Source of the DNA: Callorhinchus milii | Taxonomy: Eukaryota | DNA: 64,000 nt | Assembly: GCF_018977255.1 (NCBI RefSeq) | Contig: NW_024704743.1 | Coordinates: forward strand, 18,354,001-18,418,000 | Direction: 5' to 3' | Shown here: piece after piece, positions 23,876 through 36,200 of the stretch | How the letters are laid out: the number at the start of each line of letters is the position of its first letter | Position numbering within the stretch: position 1 is the stretch's first letter | Notes under the pieces: generated by a model | Told to the model about the DNA's origin: nothing | The model's input: only the letters and a program-made list of their open reading frames with translations | The model's database searches: none | Position numbers and translations under genes: made by a program

Positions 23876-25827
23876 ATTCTTTCCCAGAAATGAAGAAGCC
23901 AGCTTCCAAATTAAGACTCAATTTAAGAATTTTAGCACAAATCAGTACCATCTCAAATTTTAAGGCAAAATGGTCTTACTGGGTAAGTTTCAATGGATCT
24001 CAAGAAAATGAACAACTGAATGGGCACATATTAGATTAAAATTCAGAATTCCTAGTTCAACCAACAGAGGAAATTCAGGATATTTTCAAACTGTGACCTT
24101 TCCCGTTTCTTGGAATTAGCAAAAAATGAAATGGTTAAAAATGCCTTTTGATCCGCACCTTTTTTTACATGAAATATTATGTTTTGCATTCATGTTCTGA
24201 GATTTTTCTTGAAACGCAAGTATGTGAAAATGTTGAAGCCTTACTAAGGTTATGCACTTCCTAAAAAGTGAATTTTACAGCTTTATTGCTCCGATTGCAT
24301 ATCATAAAGGTCGATGTGACGTTTGCTGAATCGGAAAATTATAGCAGGAGCTATCTGGTTATAGATATGAAAGATATTCCTGTGCAGTTCCTAACTTCCT
24401 TAATATTATACAACAAGCAATCAGAGATCATGGTCATTGCCTATAGAAAAAATGCCTGTACTGCAAAGTTAAAATAACCCCTAAAATTACTGGATATCTT
24501 CTTAAATAAAACCAGAAAATGTTGTAAATGCTTAGCGGATCCTTCAACAGTGGAAAGAGAAAGATAGGCCGAAGTGTCCTCTGAAAATCAGCAACTGAAA
24601 TACTCTTCAGAGGTTACAAGCAGTTAACTTTAATTGAATTACTGAACTGTACAAAATCGAATGAGCACTTGTAGTGCTGGGGGTGTTCCTTGCAACATGA
24701 CGAAGCTGACCAGAAAACCTTTCTAAAGAGGCTGCAAAGTCTATGTAAAGGTGTGTATTATGTGCACAGCTTTTTAACAGTACAGATTTGTTGAGTGAGA
24801 AAATGAACAGAATTTGGCTTCCAAATTGGAGATTTAAAGAAATTAAAGTGAGATTCTTTTGTCACTAAGATCACCATCAAGCATCCTAATATAAACATAG
24901 AAGACACAGGATAAAACTCTTCTCACTGCCATAACAATTTACATAATTGCGACTGAATACGTACAGTATTGCTGAGTATGCATGACCTATGTCGGCTTGC
25001 TGTGTGCTGTAAGCGAGGTAAGGGCAACAGATTCTACAGGTTTCAATTAATCAAGGGAATGTTTAAACTCTCCAGAGAGCAAAACCCATGCATTTCCTTT
25101 GTTAAAATCTATTTAAACAGTTACACAAGATGCAGATACTTTCTTGAGTTCAGGGAGAAACAAGTTAGAGGATGCGATTAAGAATATACTGTAAAATGAA
25201 TTGACTGTATATTTTGTGGGCGAAACCCGGCAGCCAATTGTGCACATTAGTGTCCCACAAACAGTCGTGGATTAAGTGATCAAACTATTATTTTTTTTAT
25301 TTATACTTTTTGAGAAGGGATTATTACCACCGGAACAGCGATCCCCCAATTGACTAGTTTGTAATGTGAAGTAACAAACTCATTATTGTGCAAACATAGT
25401 CCACCATAAAGGAACAACAGCCTCAATTACAAAGCAGGCTTGTAAAGAAAGATTTTATCTGTTCTGTGATGCAATACAAGCATTTTCTGCCATTGAGTTT
25501 TACTGAAATACAAAGCTTAAAGATCATTTGATGTTTAGACAGGAATCACTATTTAACAATTAAAATCTTACTATGTTGAGAGATGAATGTGTGCTGAATA
25601 AGAGGCCTAACAATTACAAAACAAAATATTCAGCATGCAATGTTGATAAAGTTTTTGTTAAATGTAAGGAAGGATTATTTTACTCATCAACAAAGCATAA
25701 TTCAATATCCACATTTGAACATTAATTTTGATAACACAGTGACTAATCATCAAAAGATGGCGCCTATTTCATATGATCTATTGTTTACTTATCACTTGTG
25801 AAGTAACAAAATAAACATTTTCATATA

Positions 25828-25833
25828 TTTATT
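25828..25833 (-). terminator. Candidate polyadenylation signal of TRDMT1
   Basis: AATAAA on minus strand ~40 nt after the stop codon, followed by T-rich sequence; more distal sites cannot be excluded. Confidence 0.4.
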
Positions 25834-25873
25834 TTTACACATTATAAAACTTTAAAACGATGCTTTCGAGATG

Positions 25874-25974
25874 CTATTGTACCAACAGCTCAATCAGTTT
25901 GGCTACAACGTGGATGTTAAGGCTGTTTCCCAGTAGACGGTAACTTTGTTTCACTGAAATTTTCTCAGGAAAAT
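25874..25974 (-). CDS. TRDMT1: TRDMT1 exon 11 (terminal coding exon)
   Basis: TTGCAG| (N)[32 protein letters not shown] (TAG at 25874-25876). Confidence 0.96.
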
Positions 25975-28900
25975 CTGCAAGAAGAAATCAAAAGAAGTTT
26001 TAAGATTAGAGAATAAACACAACACATATTACATTTTAACAGTTTTCTTGTCTCACATATGGAGCAAAGAAAATGCAGCGTCTGACTAACTCACAGTGAA
26101 TTCCCAACACTTTTCACGACAACATGTCCAAAGCAACTACAGTAAAGTGATAATAATGCTGTGTTATATTATAGCACTAAATTGTAGCATTTGTAGCAAT
26201 ATACTAAGACTGCCTGATTAATGTATGTATCCACTATTCATTTCACTCTCTTCAAAACACATTTTAATCCCATAATTTCAGTTTAAGATCTAAGGGAAAT
26301 AATTGGAAGCTCTTTTATCTGTGGCTATATTCATAGGCATACTCAATGCCCTCACATCCACCCCCCCACCGGCCACCCATTAATTAGGTCTGTTTTTCTT
26401 ATCAGTTACACTTTCATTTTTTTGTTTTCTTCTAATGCCACAATGTACTCAAGCATTTGTCCAGATGAGCTACTGTATCTGCCCCAGTCTCGGTTTATTG
26501 TACTTTGCACCATTTCATGCTGTTATTTAAGGAGGGAGGTGCTTCTTCAGTTTTCATAGCGCTGGTCAGATCTCATTTGGTGTACTGTGTTCAGTTTTGG
26601 GGAATGAATCTTAGGAAAGATATACTAGCCTTGGAGGGTGACTAGTGAAAGTTCACTACTCCTATGAGAGACTGATAACAGAAGATAATAAAAGATGATC
26701 TGATTTTTTTTAAATAATGAAAGGAATTGACAGGTCAGATGATGGCCCACTCTTCCCCTCAGTAGAGGAATCCATAACAAAATCAACTTGCATTTGTATA
26801 GTACTCTTCACGCAGGATAACATCTCAAAACACTTCACAAGGATGAAGTTGGACACAGAGCAAGTGAGAAGTAGGAGGGGAGGTAACCACAAGAGTGGTT
26901 GAAGAAATAGAAGAGGGCAGCGCAGCTTTAATATCAGAATAAAGACTATAATTCAGGTCAGGAAACATGCAGATAGTTGTGAAGGTACGGAATACTCTGC
27001 CAACGAAATCAGCAAACTTCTTACTGCGCTACACGGATTTACTGTAAATTGCTGTGACTGTGTATTTTGACAATGAACAAGCCAATTCGCACATAACAAT
27101 TGTACCACAAACAGCCATCAAGTGAATGACCAAGTTGATCTGAGGGAATTGTTGGCCAGGACACCTGGAGAAACTCTCTTCTCTTTATGAAGAGTGCCAT
27201 GGGATCTTTAACATCCAATTTTAAGAGGCAGATGGAACCTTGCATTAAAGTCTCATCCAAAGGACCGCATCGGCAAAAAGATAGCATACCCTCATCACTG
27301 AATTGGAGTGTCAACCTAGACTTTGTGAGTTCAAAGATCTTGACGTGAGGTTTGAATCCACAACCTTCTGATTCAGAGGTGAGAATGCAACTAACTGAGC
27401 CAGGCTGACATCTGTTAAACTGTTACTAGAACCAAAATCCACCAAGCTATAGGTTAGCCATCTACACTTTTAAATATAAATTGGTTTAGTATATTTTGTT
27501 CCAAGACTTGGATGCTTTTCTGTAATGATTAACAGTCAGGGTTCCCACCACCACGGACAAATCAACTCAAATTTAATGCAAAGCCATTCTTTCCAAATGA
27601 AAAATCTCTGAAGAAGAGCATAAAATAATTCATGCCTACCATTTGGAAACTAGAGTGATCTAATTACAATTCACAGTTCTAACCAGTCATTTGTGAACCA
27701 GGAGTGATTGTTTGCAGACGTCGTGGTGGGCCATTGAATCATTTGTCCCTGGTTGATCTCACATGCATGTCTGTCACATTCTCCTTTGTGGCTACATCAC
27801 AATCAACACATGTATTGGTGTACTCTCTTCAACTGTGTCTTCACCTCCCCTCTCGATTCTCTACCCCCTCCTCACTCCCTCCCTTCCCTCCCCTCACCCT
27901 GACCATTTCCCCCCTGCTCGGGTCCCGACCCAACTGTCCAGCGGCTTGGGACGTCCTCCCGACGTGAAAGGCACTCTATAAATGCAATCTTGTTGTTGTT
28001 GTTGTACTCTGATGCCTCTGTAATACCAATAATAGCAATATTATTATATGTAACAATGTCATTGCCATCAGTGCAGTGCTGCAAGATCTTTCCAACATAG
28101 GGCTGGGAAGACAACTGTGAATTCTGCCATGACACAGATGATCAGGAGCAAATTGAATTTGCCCCGAATATATGAGAATACATTTGAAACCGCATTAACC
28201 AAAATACATGAGAAACTGCATTAGCCAAAAAGCTGATTGGACTTAATTGCTGACGGAAGCAGTTCCCTTAACTAACTGCTTAGTACAAACACTCGACTCA
28301 TGGAATATGAAACTTTTCCTCATTAGCCAGACAATGCTAATCTCCAAACTGAATGAATTTCAATTGCAAAAACAAAGCAAACTTAATTGAAAGATCTTCC
28401 ATTTTTACAGCCTCTTGTCAAGTCGAAAGGTCTCAAAGAGCTCACTTGAGTGTATCCTTTCTTTTTGTTCAACACAGTATTAATTATCAACACAATCTTT
28501 AATCAATAATCATCATAAAATACTTCTGATCAATTGATTATAATCCAAATTAATCTTTTCAAAAATTCTTAAACAACATATATTTATATAGTGCCCTTTT
28601 TCGCAGGATAATGCCTTGCAGCTTGGATAAATTCAATAAATTTAGTTTTACTCTTGAAGCAAGTTTTTTTAAATTCTTTTCAAGAGCTGCAAAAAACCTG
28701 CTTCCAAATTAAGACTGATGTTAATAATTTTCCAAAATTCTGCACAATCTTAGTGGCAGAGTTTTCAGGCCTTGGGGTTTAAAACCTTTTTAAAAAAAAG
28801 TTGCTCCAAATTGGACAGAGGGAACTAAGAGGTAGAATAGTTAAACAAAAAGATTTACAACATGTGTATCAATGTTGTATATGCCCATATGCAGAAATGA

Positions 28901-30241
28901 ATGTAGATGAGAATAGATACAATAAATAACAAACACTAAGCAGAGGAGTAAAATAAAGGTTGGAAATGAATCTAAAAAATAGTCAAACAAATTTTCATCA
29001 AGAGATTACTCTATGAAAATATGCCATTGTGAATTACTGAATTACTGTAATTCTCTCTGTACACATGATTTACACATGGTGAACAATAACACCTGCACTT
29101 ACACATAGTGCATAATAGACAAACAATTCCCATAATGTGTATTCAGATTCCAACACAATGAGGATGCAGGATATGTTTGGAGCTTGGGGGGAAAAAGAGA
29201 AGATCACTTGGACAAACAATGCCCATAACGTATCATCAATAAAAGAGGAAAGACAGGAAAGGGTGCCACAGACAGAAAGCATATTGAACCTAGATTAAAC
29301 AGAGGAACAGAATTAGCTCAAATCCAATAAACTTTCATTTTATCTTTAACTTGTCAAGCAAGCACATATTGAAGGCATTTATTGCTATTAAACTGCTCCC
29401 AAAATATTTCTCTTTGAACATCAAGATATCCAATTATATATACACACGATATACATACACACTCAAAGCCCATATCTAGTCTTTTCCAAAATCAACAAGA
29501 TATTGCCTAACAAATATTCAATGTGAGATTGTGAAGCTACACTTCGCCTTTTCCAGAGACAAGCTTCAGAACTAGCTTTATTATGGAAAATAAGACAAAT
29601 GGAACGCAGCCACTGACAACACCACAGAGGTGGTCACGCTTGGCCAACAGTGATCAAAATGTCTTTGATTCAAACTCAGCTCCACATCAATGGTCTAACT
29701 CAACACTCTTCCAGTCCCCCCAACTGGTTACACTTTAAATTTTGTGGCATCCCATTGCAGAAACGATTCAGTACATAGAGACGACTGTGTTCCAGAAGAC
29801 GTAGGTAAAATATCACAATTATTTCAGTTCAAAAAAGTAATATCCTCAGTTTGAAAAATATTTCAGTGTACTGTATTCTTATTTTCTGCTTGTAGGACTC
29901 CTATTTTTTGACTGAAAAGCACGATGATCTGCTTTCACTGTCTCAGGATAATTTTAATTTGTCACCGGGTGTCTGGCATACGGAAACAACAACAAAATTA
30001 CATTTATAGAGCGCCTTTCACGTCGGGAGGACGTCCCAAAGTGCTGAACAGTCAGATGTCGGGGCCTGAGCATGGAGGAGGGGTGAGGGAAGGTAGAGAG
30101 GTGGGAGGGTGACCAAAGGCACGATCGAAGAGAAGGGTCTTGAGACCGGCCTTGAAGGAGGCAAGGGAGGAAGTGAGGTGAAGGGACCGTGGGATGGAGC
30201 TCCAGAGTGTGGGGACAGAGAGGCTGAAAGCCCGGCCACTG

Positions 30242-30294
<53 letters not shown>

Positions 30295-33200
30295 CCTTGC
30301 ATTTGATATAGCGCTTTTCACGTCGGGAGGACATCCCAAAGCGCTTCACAGAATATACTGTAATGTGAATTGACTGTATATTTGTGGGCGAACGCGGCAG
30401 CCAATTGCGCACAGCAATGTCCCACAAACAGTCGTAGATTGAAAATGACCAATTTATTATTGTTTTTGGTTTTTTTGGAGGGATTATTATTAGGCGTGTG
30501 GAGTAAGGAAACTTGCCCAAGGTTTCGCCCTCCCTGGAATTGAACTCAGGTCTCTCGCTTGCAAAGCGAGTGCTCTAACCACTGAGCTACAGGACTCCGA
30601 TGAAGTCCTGATGGTAGGGTGGGTTGGGCGGGAGCCATGGAGCAGGCCGGAGCTCGCTGAATGGAGGGAGCAGGCAGAGTCAGCAGGTCAGAGAGGAAGG
30701 AGGGGGCAAGGCCATGGATGGCCTTGAAAGTGAGGACGAGGATCTTGAACTCGATCCTCTGGGGGATGGGGAGTCAGTGGAGTCAGGCGAAGGTGGGAGT
30801 GATGGGGTCACAGAGCCTGGTACGTGAGAGTACATGAGCTGCAGAGTTTTGGATGATCTGCAGCTTGTGAAGGGAAGAGTTGGGAAGGCCGATGAGGAGG
30901 GAGTTCCCGTAGTTAAGCCTTGATGTGACGAATGCGTGGGTGAGGTCTTCAGCAGTCTGAGGAGTGAGGCAGTGCGGAGTCTGGCAATGTTGCAGAGGTG
31001 GTGGTAGGCAGTGCCGGTCATGGCATGGATGTGGGGGAGAAAGGACAGTTCAGGGTCAAACAAGATACCCCAGTTCCTGACTGGCTTAGCGAGGTTGAGT
31101 GTGCAGCCGTGGAGGCTGATGCTGCCAGCGCCCGAGGTGCGGAGGCACTGGCACGAGCCAATCAGTAGGGGCTCAGTCTTGCTGACGTTGAGTTGGAGAA
31201 AGTTGTCCCTCGTCCAGGACTTGATTTCGGACAGGCAGTCGGTCAGGACTCCAGTAGTCCTGGAGTTGAGGGTGGAGGCAGAGAGATAGAGTTGGATGTC
31301 ATCCGCATACATGTGGATGTCGTTTGTGACCTTGACCAGAGCAGTTTCCGTGGAGGGGTTCACGGAGGAGAGGAAAGAGCGAAGCTGGGAGGCAATGGGT
31401 CTCTCAAGGACCTTGGATAGGAAAGGGAGGTTTGAGATGGGCCGGTAGCTGGAGGCGTCTTAAAGCACTTCACAGAGTATACTGTAAAGTGAATTGACTG
31501 TATATTTTGTGTGCAAAACGAGGCAGCCAATTGTGTACAGCAGTGTTCCACAAACAGTTGTGGATTGAAGTGACCAATTTATTATTTTGACTGCTGAGGG
31601 CCGGAAGCCCTATTTGAGAAACATCTGCGGGCCGAATAAGCAACATATTTGCGTTTCTCTTCCAGAAATATAACATTTACGGCTTATGAAAGGAGTGGGT
31701 GGGCCAGATGAAATGGAGAGGTGGGGGGGCATGGAATTGGGGGTGGGGTGGGGGTGGTGGATGAAATCGACCGGCGGGCCACCAGTTGGACCACCCTGTG
31801 ATATACAATGAGCAGTTTGTCTCCACTATGTTACTTAATCCTGAAGAGTTTAAGTGTAGATTGGCAAGAGCTTGAGCGTCCCAGAATGTGTGTTCGAATA
31901 TTGTTGAGTTTTAATCGTTTCTCAGTGGTTTCCTATCTAGGTTCACCTAATCTACTAGGGCTTTCTCTTGTGGGGTTAACAGGAGCTAAGAGGATAGATT
32001 CCCTGCCCCCATTAACTGGTTTCTCCTCCAGGTTCTGCTAATAAGTCATGCTGATCCGTAATCAACAGTGCCTTCAGGTTTTATAGACCTGCTTGGCTTA
32101 GGAACTGCAACAGAGGATCAACTCAATTCTGATTTTCCATTGCCTGGCAGGTGACCTTGGAGCCAATGATCTGTTCCCACAGCTCAGAGTAATATCGCTT
32201 GTGAACATCACTGGTACGTGCATTCGTTAGGCACGTGGGGACCATCTGCCCTTTCTACCTATGGGGAAATCATCTGGCTTACACTTAACGTTTAATCCCT
32301 AATTGCATGCAAGATAGAAAAAGATATGGAATAACAGGTATAAAGTTGTGCTATAAAGTTTATAGCACAACGAAGCACCTAAAAAAAACTCTGAGCAATC
32401 TGCACCCTTCCACTCAATAAGTTAATCATACTCAGTCATATTCTCATAAAGTGAACAGATACTTCTCAAAGAGTGGATGGGAAAATCAAAGTCTTTTCTG
32501 AGCAGTCAGTTTTGAAGCAACAACAACAACATGCATTTTATATAACGCCCTTCATGCAGGGTTGCATCTCCAAGCGCTTTAAAGAAGTTTGAATCAGAGC
32601 CGGGCAACAGATTCCCTACTGGCCTTCATCTGAGAGGATGGTGTGCATTGGGGAGACTCAGCAAAAGGACTGGGAGGAAATATTTTTAAACCTTGAAGCA
32701 TTATGGAATAATACATCTGTAAACCTTCTTAAATTAATTTCTGTTGAGAACCTTTGTAAACCTTGATGGAAATGAATCGTGCCTGTTTTTTGTTTATCCA
32801 ATGCCCTTGTGTAGTTATGTAGAAAACATGTGTGACTAGTAAGCTTTGGTATGCAAAAGTGGGAGGGAATGTGTTGGAGTTATCTCACACTATGAGAAAT
32901 GTTATGGGGGGAGGGGGGTGGTAACCAGTCTGAGTTGTTTCACGTTTATGTTGTCTTAAGTAAAGTACAGTATGGGTTTGATAAAAATAGCTGCTTTTAA
33001 ACAAGTGTGGGGGATGACATTTGTAACACAATTGAAAAATGATGATGAATTGAAGGAGGTGGGTGAAGCACAAGATCAGAAACATGCTGTTAAGGGGCTA
33101 TAAGTATTGGTCCCAAACTAGCCTAGTTAGTGATCAATAAAGGTATTGGTCACTAACTAAGTTGAAACAGCCTCCCTAGGATAAAAGACAATAATTATTG

Positions 33201-36200
33201 TTTCCTGGATCATTAAATATGCCTTTCTGTACGTACATTGTTAAATAAAGGTTTCTTGAATAAAGTATATCAATGAAGGAGCATCGGTCTGTGTGAGCTT
33301 GATTATCTCTGTGTCCAAAAACCTAAAAGATTATAAAAATTATGATAATTTTATTTAAATTAATTATACAGACTTGACTCATTGCAGTCAACAACCTCAA
33401 TACACAAGAATAATTGTGTACTCACTAAACTCTGCAGGAAATCCATGGAGATTCGCTATTTCTCTTGGAGTGAAATATCGTAGTTTTAATTTTGATAACT
33501 GGGCCAGCTTTTCATTCTCTGACAGAGTTTCAAATTCCTGAAAGACTGTGGAAAGCTGTTAGAGGGAAAGAAAACAGTAAGTACAGTAAACAGGCACTTG
33601 ATTTTCCTCAAGTCCTCATCAACAATCCAGAAAAATTACCAATTAAAGTTATTGAGATACATCTTAACTCACTATTACAACAACAACCTGCCTTTATATA
33701 GCACTCTTCATGTGGAGTAGTCTCGTAGTGCTTGACAGAGGCAGAGTCTGACCCTGAGCTGAGGAGGGGGATGTGACCTTAAGCACGATCAAAAAAAGGT
33801 CTTTTGGCAGGATTTGAAAATGGGGATGGAGAGGGAAAGTCGGAGGGATTGAGGGAGAGAGTTCCAGAGTTTCAGGGCGTAGCGGCCACCGATGATGGAG
33901 CGAAGGGGATGAGGGACGAAAAGGAGTCCGGAGCCAGCCGAGCCGAGGCAGCGGGTGATGGAGTGGGGGGTAAGCAAATTGGATAAGTAGGGAGGTGCAA
34001 GGACATCAAGGACATGAAGGGATTTGAAAACGGTGAGAGGATCTTGAAATCGATCCGTTCAGTGATTGGGAACTAGTGGAGCCTGGCAAGGACTGGTGTG
34101 ATGGGGTACGGAGATTTGTGCGGGTGAGAATCCGGGCGGTGGAGTTCTCAATTAGTTATATTTTGTGTATCGTAGAGCTGAGGATATCAGTGCGGAGGGC
34201 ATTGGAATAGTCCAGCTGGAAAGTGACGATGGCGTGGAAATGATGCTTTTAATCAAAAGGATTAGATTTAAATGCCTTCTTGAATAACTATACATGAACT
34301 CTGAGACTTCAAATCCTTATGGTCTTAACTTTAGTCCATTCTAGTATAGAATTTTTGGAAAAAAAATAATTTGGAAGCCGTTTTTTCTGCAGTTTCAAAA
34401 CGTGCAGGAAAAAAAGACTATTAATTTAAAATTGAAAGTGTGAACTTTCCACAATTCTGCTCTATTGCAAGTTTTAAGACAAAAACAATCTTCCAGGCTA
34501 AGACTAGACAAGATATCTTTTGGGTAAACCTAAACAAAACATTTCTGCAAATGTGAGATTACATCCAACTCATTTGAGATCAATGCCAAAAATGTTCAAA
34601 AGATGTTTCCTAAGAAAATAGACACATTCCTAAATTTGACCTGGATCACAGCAAAGGTAGAACTGCAGTACTTTTTTTCTGGTTCGTATATACAACACAA
34701 TACAAAATTACATTTGTAAAGCATCTTTCACTTCGGGAGAACGTCCCAAGGTGCTGAACAGTCAGAGATTATATGTACAATAAACTCATTTTGCAGCAAT
34801 TATGCTAAAGTTATAGAAATCCCATTCTGTATGTAACTCAAAGTCTTGTTGCAACTTTTTTTGCTTCCAATAGTTAAACTCAACAAATAAAACAAACATA
34901 TTCAAATTGTCAAGCTACATTTTTGCCTGTATACTAATTTTCATTATTATTTAATGATATAAAAATACTCAGCACATAGTATTTGTACAACCCAAATATG
35001 AATGTAGCCTCAGTTCATTATTTACACCATGTGCCAATTAAAAACATGGAGACTTGCTTGTAAACAGTTCTTCACATAAAATTACATTGCAACCAGCTAT
35101 TCCTAGTACAGGCAAACTTAATCTACATTCTTGTATGAAGTGTCAAATGCAGGGAAGCTGAAACTAATTTCTGCAGTTAACATTGTTTTGCATCTAACTT
35201 CAATTGTTTATTTTAAAGAAAGCAGTCAATTTAGTAAATTCTGCTTCAAAAATAGTGAAAATGATTGGCAGCCTAAAGGAAAGTATGAATCGGTTGTGAA
35301 AGATTGACATTGCTTAACCAAACAAACAAAAATAATTAATATTACCAGAGATACTTAAATAAGTAAATAAGCAAAGATAGGACCTGTTGCATGAATTTAC
35401 CACTCCCAAAATATTTTTGGACCATTGAAGTTAATACCAGTTAATAGGTGCTACTAAATGACTCGAAGTTTACATTATTTATCAAATCAAATAGCTTTAT
35501 CTCAAAAGATTCCTATTGTGCTAAACAAAAGTGGTAACCCGCTACTTCAAACGACAAAAAAAATACATACCTCTACATCTGACGCAGTTTGCAATACTGA
35601 ACCAGTTCCTTCAGCATAATGACCATATCTGAGTTAAAAAGTAGAACAGAACTAATTAAGCAAAGCAACAGATATTGAAATGAAGTTCAATATTGACATT
35701 TTCAAAGTCCTGCATGTTTAAGTAAAAGTAGAAAGCACAATCCTTCGTGAATGCAATAGAATTTGGAACAGCATTTGCCAAGGACGAAGTTCAAAAATAC
35801 ATGCACACTGAGGTTAAAAATGGGCCAGCCTAGTGTAATCGCCTTAAAATTGCCTGTATCATTAACTGGACTTTCTGCAGATAAACCCCAATATGTCACT
35901 TCAACTCCTGAAACTTAAGGTCTGAACTGATATCTCCTCAGAGTCAGTTTTAGGAGTCACAATGATATAAAGAAAAGACAGTTTACGTACTGAGTGTGTT
36001 TTCTAAAGGTTCCATGTTGAAAAAGCAATTAAAGCATATTTTCCAAACCCCACAACCACCTCACCCAATGGAATATGAAGTTAACCCTGGGCAATCTTGC
36101 TTGAACATGTTCCAACTGAACATTTTTTAAACTATAACTTTAGGATGTAGTTTTCTCAAAATTTACTTGAAGGCTCTTACCCTTTAGTGAAGCATACTGA

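Noticed and set aside
29954..30520. Poly-Tyr/Leu/Ile/Asn ORFs
   Set aside because: Translations of the SINE (ATT)n tail
30525..30598. tRNA-Ala(TGC)-like sequence (also at 39808 and 50933)
   Set aside because: No proper acceptor stem or terminator; it continues into a SINE body and (ATT)n tail, so it is a SINE head rather than a tRNA gene
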